Shown here piece after piece: positions 9,358 through 17,778 of a stretch of DNA of 64,000 nt. The notes under the pieces were generated by a model, which searched no databases, had not been told where the DNA came from, and saw nothing but the letters and a program-made list of their open reading frames with translations. Origin of the DNA: an uncultured Gemmatimonadaceae bacterium (lineage in GTDB: Bacteria; Gemmatimonadota; Gemmatimonadetes; Gemmatimonadales; GWC2-71-9); the NCBI GenBank assembly GCA_964578865.1, contig CAZOES010000002.1, forward strand, positions 31,243 through 95,242, in the 5' to 3' direction. Made by a program: the position numbers and the translations under genes. Within the stretch, counting starts at the first letter, position 1, and each line of letters opens with the position of its first letter.

Positions 9358-9378
9358 CAGCCCTCCAGCGTGGTCTGA

Positions 9379-10503
9379 CTACTTGATCACATATCTGGCG
9401 ATTTTCTGCTGGTCCTCACCCAGGCGCATAATCAAATAGATCCGACCGTTCGAACCGAATCCCGCCAGAGAACTATTGCGGGGCAGCTGTACCGTTCGGA
9501 TCTGCTTCCCATCCCGTCCCACCACATCCCATACCGGGATCGAATCGCCCCATGGCCGGGAGCGCTGCAGCCAGACCTCTCCAGCCGGACTGGTCTGGCC
9601 GGCGGCAAAGGGAGGCTTCACATCGGCAAAGGGGTAGGAGAGTTCGATGCCGGCGGGTGCGCCCATCTGGGCCATCTGCACCCGAAGTTTGTCGAGAAAG
9701 GCGTCCTTCTCCACCTGGGGTACCGCGATCTTCTCGAACGGTCGCGCCGGCCCCCGAGTCCATTTCCCGTCAGGGGCCAGCCAGTCCACGGCGTTGTTGG
9801 AGGCCCGGGCCACCCAGAGTGAGCCGTCGGGCAGGACTCCGAAGAGATCACGGCCGGAGAAGATGGTCGACACGATCTTCTGCTGGACTCCGAACTGTCC
9901 TCGGCCCCACACCGGCAGCTTGAGATGGGCGATGGTGTCGGCCAGGGTGTCGGTGGCGTGGACCCGGAGAATCGGCAGGCTGTCGAAGTCGAGCTCCTGG
10001 CCCGGCTCCAGGCCGCCTAACACAGAGCGGATATCTTCCTTGTAGCCGTTGTGCTTGGCGTCGTAGGCCAGCGGCTGGTTGTAGCCGCCCACTCCGGCCC
10101 CCCGCATGGTGGTGATGAATTCGCCCTTTTCATTCCACAGGGTGGTCCGCTGAGCTCCGAAGTCCACCAGCCCCACGGTATCGCCTCCGAAATGCAGCAC
10201 GAAGCCGGGCAGCCGGTGCCTGCCCGGGGCGGGATCACCGGGCTTGATGGTGTCGCTGTGTTCGCCGATCGAAATGGTTTCGCCGCTGGTGAGATTGGCG
10301 AAAATGAAGGTCTTGTCCTTGAGCTCGGCCAGGGCGATCCGGCCGTCGGTGAGCTCGACCACGTTGCTCACCTGCTTGAAGGTGTGATCGAGAGTCAGCT
10401 CGGGCTGATCCAGTACTGCGATCGCCGTCGAGGTTTCACCGTTACAGCCGGCCAGAACGATGACAACAGCGGCGGCCGAAGCCAGCCGAGGATTCAGCTT
10501 CAT
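9379..10503 (-). CDS. Six-bladed beta-propeller lipoprotein, uncharacterised
   Basis: Lipobox LAGC; FGVLPDGSLWVAR, KPPF, PAGEVWLQR, WDVVGRDG; paralogous to 10528-11625 and 15592-16746. Confidence 0.7.
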   Translation of the reverse strand: MKLNPRLASAAAVVIVLAGCNGETSTAIAVLDQPELTLDHTFKQVSNVVELTDGRIALAELKDKTFIFANLTSGETISIGEHSDTIKPGDPAPGRHRLPGFVLHFGGDTVGLVDFGAQRTTLWNEKGEFITTMRGAGVGGYNQPLAYDAKHNGYKEDIRSVLGGLEPGQELDFDSLPILRVHATDTLADTIAHLKLPVWGRGQFGVQQKIVSTIFSGRDLFGVLPDGSLWVARASNNAVDWLAPDGKWTRGPARPFEKIAVPQVEKDAFLDKLRVQMAQMGAPAGIELSYPFADVKPPFAAGQTSPAGEVWLQRSRPWGDSIPVWDVVGRDGKQIRTVQLPRNSSLAGFGSNGRIYLIMRLGEDQQKIARYVIK

Positions 10504-10527
10504 CAGGTAGCTCCAGGAGGAACCCGG

Positions 10528-11625
10528 TCAGGGAGTGGTGCCGGCTGCCGCAGCTGGCGCGGGCATCCGGTAGTCGAGCAGACGAACCCCGCCTTCGAAC
10601 GACTCGCCGACGACGGCGACGCCTTCACCCACGGCGAGGATCCGGCCGAATCCGGCATGATCGGCGGTCCGGATCAGGTGGCCTTTGCGATCGATCAACT
10701 GATAATGCCGCAAGGTGTCGCCGATGGCGCGGTTCTTCACCAGCCATACGGTGCCATCCGGCGCGCTGAAGGCGTTGTCGAACGGCGGCTTGATCACTAC
10801 GAAAGGGATTTGGGCGACGGTGGGACGGAGGGCAGACTCGAATTTGTTGAGAAACAGGTCGCGATCGTTCTGGGTCACCGGCAGCACCGCATCGGGTAGC
10901 TCTCGTCCCCGGTGGATTGCTCCGTTCGCTTCACGCCAGTCCACCCGGTTCTGGCCCACCCGCGCGATCCATAGCGATCCATCGGGCAGCACGCCCCAGC
11001 GGTCCTGCCCCGAGAGCAGCCGCCGTTCCAGCCGGACTCGGCCCTCGCTCATCACCTCGGCGAGTTCCAGTGGCGCCAGCCGGGCAATGGTGTCCCCTTG
11101 GGTGAAGTCCGGCTTGGTGCGGACGATGGCGGCGGAATCGCGATTGCCCGAGCCATCGGGTCCGGGAGGAGGGCGGAGTTCGAAGTACCAGTTGCCTTGA
11201 GCGTCCCGGGCCCGAGGGAGGGCACCCCGCAGGGCACTCACCGCGGGTGTTGCGCCGCCCAGCTTGCCATCCAGCGACCAGGCGGTCAGCCGGCGGCGTT
11301 GCCAATCGGCCACGTAGATCGAATCGCCCGCCCGGAACAGATGGAAGGGCTGCTCCAGCTCTTTGCTCTTCGCCCCGGCGAACGGGGCCAGTTTCCGGGT
11401 ACTGAGGCTGGCGCTGCTCACCGCCCGGTCCTGTGGTGCAATCAGGGCCCAGTTACTCCCACCCAGCCACGCCGCATCGGTGATGTCACCGTAGGGCGTG
11501 AGCAGGGTATCGCCCACCGGCTCAAGTCTCAGGGTCTCTGCCTGGGGCTGCTCCGATCCACAACCCGCGGCCAGCGCCGCGGCGGTGAGGAGCAGGATGA
11601 AACGAGAGGAAATCGGGCTCTGCAT
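10528..11625 (-). CDS. Six-bladed beta-propeller lipoprotein, uncharacterised
   Basis: Lipobox AAGC; WGVLPDGSLWIAR, KPPF, APDGTVWL. Confidence 0.7.
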   Translation of the reverse strand: MQSPISSRFILLLTAAALAAGCGSEQPQAETLRLEPVGDTLLTPYGDITDAAWLGGSNWALIAPQDRAVSSASLSTRKLAPFAGAKSKELEQPFHLFRAGDSIYVADWQRRRLTAWSLDGKLGGATPAVSALRGALPRARDAQGNWYFELRPPPGPDGSGNRDSAAIVRTKPDFTQGDTIARLAPLELAEVMSEGRVRLERRLLSGQDRWGVLPDGSLWIARVGQNRVDWREANGAIHRGRELPDAVLPVTQNDRDLFLNKFESALRPTVAQIPFVVIKPPFDNAFSAPDGTVWLVKNRAIGDTLRHYQLIDRKGHLIRTADHAGFGRILAVGEGVAVVGESFEGGVRLLDYRMPAPAAAAGTTP

Positions 11626-11640
11626 GGGGCGGGAAATGTA
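11626..11640 (-). promoter_or_regulatory. Putative -10 element of a near-leaderless transcript
   Basis: Minus strand TACATT-TCCCGCCCC-ATG with no Shine-Dalgarno; nearly identical to the leuS upstream sequence. Confidence 0.35.
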
Positions 11641-11738
11641 ACGTCTGCGCGGATTTTGGTGATGCGGGTGGAGAATCGGGTAGGTGGGGAGGGGTGGGGG
11701 CAGTATGGTGGCAGGATGAGCCCAAGGGTGTGGGTACA

Positions 11739-11897
11739 GGCTCTCCAGGGGCTGTGATTGGGAGCTTTAAGTCAGCTGTTACAAGAGAACTCAACCTTCT
11801 TAGAAGAACACCTGGAGCTAGAGTCTGGCAATCCAGCCTCTATGCCCATTTGGTCAGGGATGCGGCGGACCTCCAGAGAATCAGGAGATGTATCTCC
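11739..11897 (+). pseudogene. Remnant of a REP-associated tyrosine transposase (RAYT, IS200/IS605 HUH superfamily), C-terminal part only
   Basis: GSPGAVIGSFKSAVTRELNLLRRTPGARVWQSSLYAHLVRDAADLQRIRRCIS matches the RAYT pattern SFKS.....VWQR.YYEHIIR....L.RIR.YI..NP. No HUH motif; the expected catalytic Tyr reads Cys; codon usage is atypical. Confidence 0.75.
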
Positions 11898-11975
11898 CTG
11901 AAATCCTTCTGGAGGTCGTTGAGCCCACTGCGGAACTTTACCTTAGGTGATCCGGCCTCGGTCCAGAATCCAATC

Positions 11976-12773
11976 CTAATTCCGCGTCAGAATCTCCTCG
12001 AACAATGCCAGGGCCCGGGGATCCTCCGACTGGCCCAGCCAGAACAGCGCTGATTTCCGAACCTCGCCGCTCTTGCTGGTCCGGGCCACCTTGATCAGGG
12101 CCGGCACCCCTTCATCCCTGGGCCGCTGCGAGAGGGCGAACACCGCCTGCTTCCGAATCTCATCGTCTTCGCTGTCCGATTGGGCCAGCTGGCTGAGACC
12201 GACGGTCGCCGAATCACCGGCTGCCTGACTAACCCAGAACACCGCCTGCTTGCGGGCGTCGTGGGGAACATCCTCGTTGCGCGCCAGCTTGAGCAGTTGA
12301 GGCCAGACCTCCACCGAATCGGCCAGAGTGCTGGGGAAGATGGCGTTTTCGCCGCCCGAGTTCCTTCGGTCGGAGGCAATCGCGAGGAGCGTGGCGGCGG
12401 CCTCGCGGGGGCTCACGGTGCCGAGGTCGGTAGCGCCGGTTGAGGCCCGCCAGCTGCCTCCCACATAGGTCCGGACCCGGGTGACCCGATGGTCGGTCAC
12501 CCGGAAGACCACCCGGACCGGTCCGTCATTGCAGTTGCAGTTCCCCTCGCCGTAACTCACATCGTCGTCATCATCGGTGTGAATCCGGTGCCGGCTCCCG
12601 ACTCTGATGTTGTTGACGCCATCGCCGCAGACATCGGGCCGGGCCGCGAAACTCATCCGCACTTCACCATTGGGCGCGCCGGTGACCTTCGAGGCCAGGC
12701 CCTGGGCGCTGGCAGACGAGGCGAGTAGCAGGAGCGCTCCAGATACGGCCGAGACCTTCAGTTCGTGCTGCAT
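11976..12773 (-). CDS. Secreted HEAT-repeat protein
   Basis: Signal peptide; Cys-containing N-terminal domain; RKQAVFWVSQ, RKQAVFALSQ, RKSALFWLGQ repeats. Confidence 0.8.
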   Translation of the reverse strand: MQHELKVSAVSGALLLLASSASAQGLASKVTGAPNGEVRMSFAARPDVCGDGVNNIRVGSRHRIHTDDDDDVSYGEGNCNCNDGPVRVVFRVTDHRVTRVRTYVGGSWRASTGATDLGTVSPREAAATLLAIASDRRNSGGENAIFPSTLADSVEVWPQLLKLARNEDVPHDARKQAVFWVSQAAGDSATVGLSQLAQSDSEDDEIRKQAVFALSQRPRDEGVPALIKVARTSKSGEVRKSALFWLGQSEDPRALALFEEILTRN

Positions 12774-12796
12774 AGTGTGTCTCCCTTACCGGTTCA

Positions 12797-12830
12797 CTAC
12801 CCGCCTACCCGCCTGGCCGTCCAGCCGCTT
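12797..12830. repeat. Solo tandem 8-mer arm ((G)GCGGGTAG-type on the minus strand)
   Basis: Minus strand after TAA: GCGGCTGG ACGGCCAG GCGGGTAG GCGGGTAG. Confidence 0.5.
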
Positions 12831-14232
12831 ACTGCTCAATCACCTGCATCAGGAAATCCGCCGCCCGGGGATCCCGGCTCTGCGAGAGCCAGAAAATCGC
12901 CTTCTTCTTGAGTTCCTTATCGGGATCGGACTTGGCGATCGCCATCAGCTTGTCGACTGCTTCCTTCTCCCGCCGCTGGGAGTAGACGAAGATCAGCTGC
13001 TCCCGCATCTCCGGCTCCTTCATCCGCTCGTACAGCGAGATCAGATCGGTGACCGAAGCCTTGGTCTGGCCGGCCCAGAACAGCGCCTTTTTGCGCAGCT
13101 CGATGTCCTCCTTGCCGCTGGTGGCGACGTCCATCAGCCACTGGTCGCTCGAGGCCGACCGCACCTGGGAGATCGAGAAGAGAATCTTCTCCTTGAGTTC
13201 GTTGTTCCCGGTCTTGCCGTAGAGCGTCCTCAGGAAGTCGGCGTTGCCGGCGTCATGCGACTGCCCCAGCCAGAACACCGCCTGCTCCCGCACCTCCTCA
13301 TCGGCACTCTCCCGCATGGCCAGGTCGCGGATGATCTGCTGGGCCCGGCCCACCTTGGTCTGCGACAGTGCGAAGATTGCCTTCTTCTGAATCTCCGGAT
13401 CCTTGGACATCTGGAGGATCGAGTCGAGCGCATTCACCGACCGCTCGGTGCCCACCTGGGAGAGCCAGAACACCGCCTGTTCCCGTACCTCGCTGTCGGG
13501 ATCGTTGCGAGCCGCGTCCAGCAGGATCTGCTCGGTCTCTTCGGTACGCTTCTGCGAAACCAGGAAGACCGCCTTGCGCCGGAGGACCTCGGAGCACTTC
13601 TCCCGCCGGGCCAGCACCCGCTTGAGAATCGGCATCGCCTTGTCGGCGTCCAGCTGGAGCAGCGCGTTCAGCGCGGCGATCCGGGTGTCGTCCTCATCCT
13701 CGGTGCAGTCACCGCTGCTGTTCCGGCTGCCGGAACTGGAACTCGACGCACCGCCGCCCGACGACCGGCCCGGTGCCACCGATTCCGCCGCCACCGAGAC
13801 CCGGCGGGCTGCTTCGGCATCGCCCAGCTGAGCCAGCTGGCCCTCCACCCGGGTCCGCAGGGTGGCCGCATCGCCGTTGCTGGCCGCCTTGGGATACTTC
13901 TCCTGCTGATAGGTCAACAGCCGGCGGGCCTCGCGCAGTTCCTCCCCGCCGCCCAGACGGTAGCGGGCGAAGGCTTCCCAGTAGTAGCTGTCGGCCACAT
14001 AGCGCGACTTGGGCTGCTGATCCCGCAGTTTGCGGAAGAGGTCGGCCGCGCTGCGATAGTTAGACGAGTTCAGGGCCGCCCGAGCCGCCCGATAGAGCGA
14101 ATCGGCCGGATCGTCATCTACCCACCGGCCCAGCAGGGTCCACTCGGACCGGGGGTCCGGCAGGACCGGGCTGCTCACCACCGGGCGACTGAAGACGATG
14201 CCGGTCAAGGCCAGCAGAAGTGTGACACGCAT
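12829..14232 (-). CDS. Secreted TPR (BamD-like) plus HEAT-repeat protein
   Basis: Signal peptide; ADSLYRAAR...YYWEAFARY TPR; Ser/Gly linker; about seven E(V/I)R..A(V/I)F(W/A)LSQ repeats. Confidence 0.8.
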   Translation of the reverse strand: MRVTLLLALTGIVFSRPVVSSPVLPDPRSEWTLLGRWVDDDPADSLYRAARAALNSSNYRSAADLFRKLRDQQPKSRYVADSYYWEAFARYRLGGGEELREARRLLTYQQEKYPKAASNGDAATLRTRVEGQLAQLGDAEAARRVSVAAESVAPGRSSGGGASSSSSGSRNSSGDCTEDEDDTRIAALNALLQLDADKAMPILKRVLARREKCSEVLRRKAVFLVSQKRTEETEQILLDAARNDPDSEVREQAVFWLSQVGTERSVNALDSILQMSKDPEIQKKAIFALSQTKVGRAQQIIRDLAMRESADEEVREQAVFWLGQSHDAGNADFLRTLYGKTGNNELKEKILFSISQVRSASSDQWLMDVATSGKEDIELRKKALFWAGQTKASVTDLISLYERMKEPEMREQLIFVYSQRREKEAVDKLMAIAKSDPDKELKKKAIFWLSQSRDPRAADFLMQVIEQ

Positions 14233-14234
14233 GT

Positions 14235-14861
14235 TCAGCTTGCTCCTGGAATATTGGTGGCGGGCCCGGCCGGAATTGAGGTTCTCAGCCTGGGCAGCAC
14301 ACCCTGTTGATCGAGTTCATGCACAATCAGATCGGCGTCCTCCCGGGACGGATCGGCCTGCAGCTGGGCCACCTGGGCCAGCACCACTTCCAGCTCCCGC
14401 AGCAGTTGCCGCATCCGCTGGTCTTTCAAGTCCGGGGAATCGAGCAGCAGTCGAGTGGTGCTGAGCAGATCGCGAGCCCCGGAGAGCAGCTGCTGATCGG
14501 GCACCCGGCTGCTGGCCTCCAGCTTGAATCCGACCAGGAAAGTCTCGGCCCGGCTCAGGTGCTGCAGCGCCGCGCTGGCCATCGCCGGAGAAACCGGTCC
14601 CTGATTGGTCGGTGGATCGGTCGCCACCTGGGTGGGAGGCAGCTCCTTGTTATCCTCGGTGGCGCGGCCCAGCCCGAACCCGATCGCAATCAGCGCCGCG
14701 ATGCCCAGCGGCCAGACAATCTTCTTATAGGGGCTCGGCTGCTGCCGGGCCTTCTTCCGGGCCTCGATGGCCGCCCACATCTCATCACGGGGCGGAACCG
14801 GGGGCCGGTTGTATTCCTCACGAGCCTGTTCCAGCAGGCGGTCCATCGGGTCTTCAGTCAT
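14235..14861 (-). CDS. Putative single-pass anti-sigma factor without a ZAS motif
   Basis: Overlaps the sigma stop; short cytoplasmic N-terminus, one TM (IVWPLGIAALIAIGFGLG), helical extracytoplasmic domain; no HxxxCxxC. Confidence 0.65.
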   Translation of the reverse strand: MTEDPMDRLLEQAREEYNRPPVPPRDEMWAAIEARKKARQQPSPYKKIVWPLGIAALIAIGFGLGRATEDNKELPPTQVATDPPTNQGPVSPAMASAALQHLSRAETFLVGFKLEASSRVPDQQLLSGARDLLSTTRLLLDSPDLKDQRMRQLLRELEVVLAQVAQLQADPSREDADLIVHELDQQGVLPRLRTSIPAGPATNIPGAS

Positions 14862-15433
14862 CGGTTCCAGTCTCCTGCATGAGGTCCGAGTGCGGTCCTC
14901 AACCTGGCGCGGGCCCGGAACAGCTGGGCTTTCGAGGTGCCCGGATCGATCCCGAGCAGGCCGCCAATTTCCTCGTGGGTGTATCCCTCCAACTCGTGCA
15001 GCACCAGCACAGCGCGATAGCCATCCGGCAGCATGTCGATCGCCTCGTAAAGCTTCTTCCGCAGATCCGGCTCCAGCCCCGGCTTGCTGCTGGCGATCGG
15101 TTCGGCTTTTTCCAGATCCTGCTCCCGGTCCCAGCGCCGCTTCCGCTGTCTCAACCCCGTCAGGGTCACGCTGATCGCGATGCTCCCCAGCCAGGTCGAG
15201 AAGGACGACTCCCCGCGGAAGGTGGCCAGCCGGTCAAAAGCCCGGACAAACGCATCCTGGGTGAACTCCCGGGCCAGCTCGGCGTCGCCCGCCATCCGAT
15301 ATACCATCCGGTAGACCCGGTCCACATGGCGATCGTACAGGTCCCGCTCCGCGGCGGGATCGCCGATGAGGGCTCGCGCGATCACCGCGCGGTCGTTCCC
15401 GGGGTTGGCCCGGATGGTCATGGGCGATGCCAT
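14858..15433 (-). CDS. ECF RNA polymerase sigma-70 factor
   Basis: Region 2 (ARE.TQDAFVRAF...FRGESSFSTWL) and region 4 (LPDGYRAV.VLHELEGYTHEEIG..LGI..GTSKAQLFRAR). Start taken at 15433 (or 15421), not 15571. Confidence 0.92.
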   Translation of the reverse strand: MASPMTIRANPGNDRAVIARALIGDPAAERDLYDRHVDRVYRMVYRMAGDAELAREFTQDAFVRAFDRLATFRGESSFSTWLGSIAISVTLTGLRQRKRRWDREQDLEKAEPIASSKPGLEPDLRKKLYEAIDMLPDGYRAVLVLHELEGYTHEEIGGLLGIDPGTSKAQLFRARARLRTALGPHAGDWNR

Positions 15434-15444
15434 TGGCTGGACGG

Positions 15445-15472
15445 TAGACAACCGCACCCGCCAAAGGGTTTC
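15445..15472 (-). promoter_or_regulatory. Candidate ECF-type autoregulatory promoter
   Basis: Minus strand GAAACCC-N16-GTCTA, 11 nt upstream of ATG 15433; the AAC-to-GTC spacing equals that of the sigmaE-type GGAACTT-N16-GTCTA. Confidence 0.5.
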
Positions 15473-15591
15473 GTGCGACCCCCCGGAGGGGCGGGGCATC
15501 CTACCCCCTGCCCGGTAAGATCCTGGGAGACCACCGGTTTCCCACCCCCGAAATGCTTCATTCCGGATCACCCTCGAGGAGGCTTCGCATC

Positions 15592-16746
15592 ATGGCCAGG
15601 CTGGTTGGTCGGTTCGGCGCGGCACTGCTGACACTCGCGGTTCCCGCCACTCTCGTCGCTCAAGGCAAGGTCGCGGAACAGCGGCTGGAAAAGGCCGAGG
15701 CCGAGTTCCCGGAATCATTCGACCAGATTGGGGCCCTGCGTGAACTGCCGGGCGGTAAGGTCCTGCTGGTGGACCTTGGTCCCAAGTCGCTCATTCTCGC
15801 CGATTTCAAGAGCGGCCAGCAGACGGCGGTCGGTCGCAACGGTCAGGGTCCCGGCGAGTACCAGTTTCCCGGCGCCCTGATTCCTTATCTGGGTGACTCC
15901 ACCTTGCTGGTGGATCTGGTCAGTCGCCGGCTGTTGACGGTGAGCGCTGACGGCAAGATGGGCAAGACGGTTCCATTCCCCGACGCACTCCAGGGGCTGG
16001 CGCAGCCCCGGGGGGCCGATCGTCAGGGGCGGATCTATCTGCAGGCCAGTCCCTTCCGGATCGGCGATGGAGATGGTCCGCCGGCCACGCCTCCCGAATC
16101 GACGGTCGTAATCAGGTGGGACCGCAGCAAGAACAAGATCGACACCATCGCCAAGGTGAAGATCCCGGCTACAAAAATGAACGCCTCCAATTCCGGCGGC
16201 GCTCGCATTGTGATGATGCGGCCGCAGCCGTATGCCCCGCAGGATGAATGGGCCACGACCGGGGACGGCCGCCTGGGCGTGGTTCGGGTAGGTGACTACC
16301 ACGTGGACTGGTACGGCGACCGCGCCGCCAGGGGCACCCCGGTGCGCTACGACCCGGTGAAGGTGACTGCCGACGACAAGACCCAGTTCATGGATGCGCT
16401 GAGGAACACCCGCAACCGCATCACCGTGACCAATGGCGGGCCGGGCGGCGGCCGGGAGCTCAGACCACCGGAACCATCGGCTGATGAATTCGACTGGCCC
16501 GAGGTGAAGCCCCCGTTCCGGTCCCGTCAGGTCTATGCCAGCCCCGACGGCCAGCTCTGGGTCCAGCGTTACACCGCCGCACGTGATTCGGTTCCGGCCT
16601 TCGATGTCTTCGACGCCAGTGGCAACCTGGCCGGCCGGATGACCCTTCCCAAAGGCCGGCAGGTCGTCGGACTGGGTCAGGGGACGGTGTACGCGGTTCG
16701 GACCGACGGTGATGGACTGCAGTGGCTGGAGCGGTATAAGCGGTAA
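15592..16746 (+). CDS. Secreted six-bladed beta-propeller protein, paralog of the two at 9.4-11.6 kb
   Basis: RBS GAGGAGG then ATG 15592; signal peptide; GQGPGEY, WATTGDG, KPPF, SPDGQLWVQR, FDVFDASG. Confidence 0.75.
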   Translation: MARLVGRFGAALLTLAVPATLVAQGKVAEQRLEKAEAEFPESFDQIGALRELPGGKVLLVDLGPKSLILADFKSGQQTAVGRNGQGPGEYQFPGALIPYLGDSTLLVDLVSRRLLTVSADGKMGKTVPFPDALQGLAQPRGADRQGRIYLQASPFRIGDGDGPPATPPESTVVIRWDRSKNKIDTIAKVKIPATKMNASNSGGARIVMMRPQPYAPQDEWATTGDGRLGVVRVGDYHVDWYGDRAARGTPVRYDPVKVTADDKTQFMDALRNTRNRITVTNGGPGGGRELRPPEPSADEFDWPEVKPPFRSRQVYASPDGQLWVQRYTAARDSVPAFDVFDASGNLAGRMTLPKGRQVVGLGQGTVYAVRTDGDGLQWLERYKR

Positions 16747-16754
16747 CAGCAACA

Positions 16755-16831
16755 GCGTGAAAAGTGAAACGTGAAATGTGAACGGGACCGGGCCAACTTC
16801 CTTCTCACTTTTCACTTTTCACTTTTCACGC
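16755..16831. repeat. Tandem-heptamer inverted-arm element (GTGAAAN x4 / TTTTCAC x4)
   Basis: GTGAAAA GTGAAAC GTGAAAT GTGAAC, spacer, TTCTCAC TTTTCAC TTTTCAC TTTTCAC; between convergent genes. Confidence 0.85.
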
Positions 16832-16838
16832 AGTTGTC

Positions 16839-17582
16839 TCACCGTTCTCCACTTACGGCGTAAGAACGGGTCGGCACCGCCCACCGAATTCCCCGTTCCA
16901 CGTACCCGAAACGCCGCAGGGCCATCTCGATTACCCACTCCCAGCCGGCCCGGGCGACCGCCTCGACCCAGGCCATTTCAGTCGCGAGCCGGAGCCAGCG
17001 CCGGAGCGAGCGAGGATCCACCCCCGCGGTCAACGCCGCCAACTCGAGCGACACGTGGCCCGGTAGTGCCGGGGCGGTGAGGATCTGGACCAGCCGAGCC
17101 AGTCCCCGCCAGTCGCGCACCTCCAGCGAGCCCAGGGCGCGGACCCGCCGGGTCAATGTCCGAGGTGGACGGGGGTCGTCTCCCCCGTCGCCGAAGCAGG
17201 CGCCAAGGGTGCTGGCAGTGCCCGGTCGGGCCAGCCGTTTCTCGACCCAGAGCGCGATGGTGGTCGGTTGGGGAGTCGGTCGCCGGGCAATCGCGCGGAG
17301 GGCCCGTTCGGCCGGCGCGAGCCCGGGATAGTCACCGGGGTAGAGCGGGGCGAAAACTCCCGGGACGGACTCAAAAGCAGAAAGGCACGCACTCGACACT
17401 TTCCGGTCGGCGACGCAGGTGACCAGAGGGCACCACGGCGCGTCCCGGTGTTCCTGTACCGCTTCCGACAACGCGGTGATGCCGGCGGAGAGATCCGCCA
17501 CGATTGCCGACCCAACCGGTGGCCGAAAGGAGCCGGCGGGAAGGAACCGCAGGTACGGAGGTTCGAGAATATGGAGTGACAC
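16839..17582 (-). CDS. Divergent AraC/XylS-like transcriptional regulator
   Basis: Two HTH-like segments, PPRTLTRRVRALG and SLELAALTAGVDPRSLRRWL; unassigned N-terminal domain; divergent from the propeller/peptide genes. Confidence 0.5.
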   Translation of the reverse strand: MSLHILEPPYLRFLPAGSFRPPVGSAIVADLSAGITALSEAVQEHRDAPWCPLVTCVADRKVSSACLSAFESVPGVFAPLYPGDYPGLAPAERALRAIARRPTPQPTTIALWVEKRLARPGTASTLGACFGDGGDDPRPPRTLTRRVRALGSLEVRDWRGLARLVQILTAPALPGHVSLELAALTAGVDPRSLRRWLRLATEMAWVEAVARAGWEWVIEMALRRFGYVERGIRWAVPTRSYAVSGER

Positions 17583-17673
17583 AGAAATAACCTGCCTGCC
17601 CCGCGAGCGGCGGGGGTTCGCACTCAGGGGTCCCGGCTTGTGCGCGGGGGGCGGGTAGAGTGCACGAAAATGC

Positions 17674-17711
17674 GACGGGGTTCAAGCTGACGGGCGCGAA
17701 CCCGCCGTCAG
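17674..17711. promoter_or_regulatory. Nested inverted repeats in the divergent promoter region (candidate operator)
   Basis: GACGGGGTTC...GAACCCGCCGTC and CTGACGG-N11-CCGTCAG; GGGGTTC also recurs about 60 bp upstream. Confidence 0.35.
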
Positions 17712-17778
17712 TGGCGTGAACCTGCATGGTGATGAATCAGGCCGACCGGTAGCGTGAGCCACTCTCACCGACCGGCAC

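Noticed and set aside
11694-12053. 119-aa ORF as an intact gene
   Set aside because: Only the central 53 codons resemble RAYT; no HUH motif; 3' end runs into the HEAT gene. Treated as a remnant.
12607-14310. 567-aa plus-strand ORF over the HEAT genes
   Set aside because: Antisense to a motif-supported operon; its periodicity mirrors the HEAT repeats.
16755-16831. Short tandem repeats as a CRISPR array
   Set aside because: Units are 7-9 nt and contiguous, with no spacers of 25-45 nt and no cas genes.
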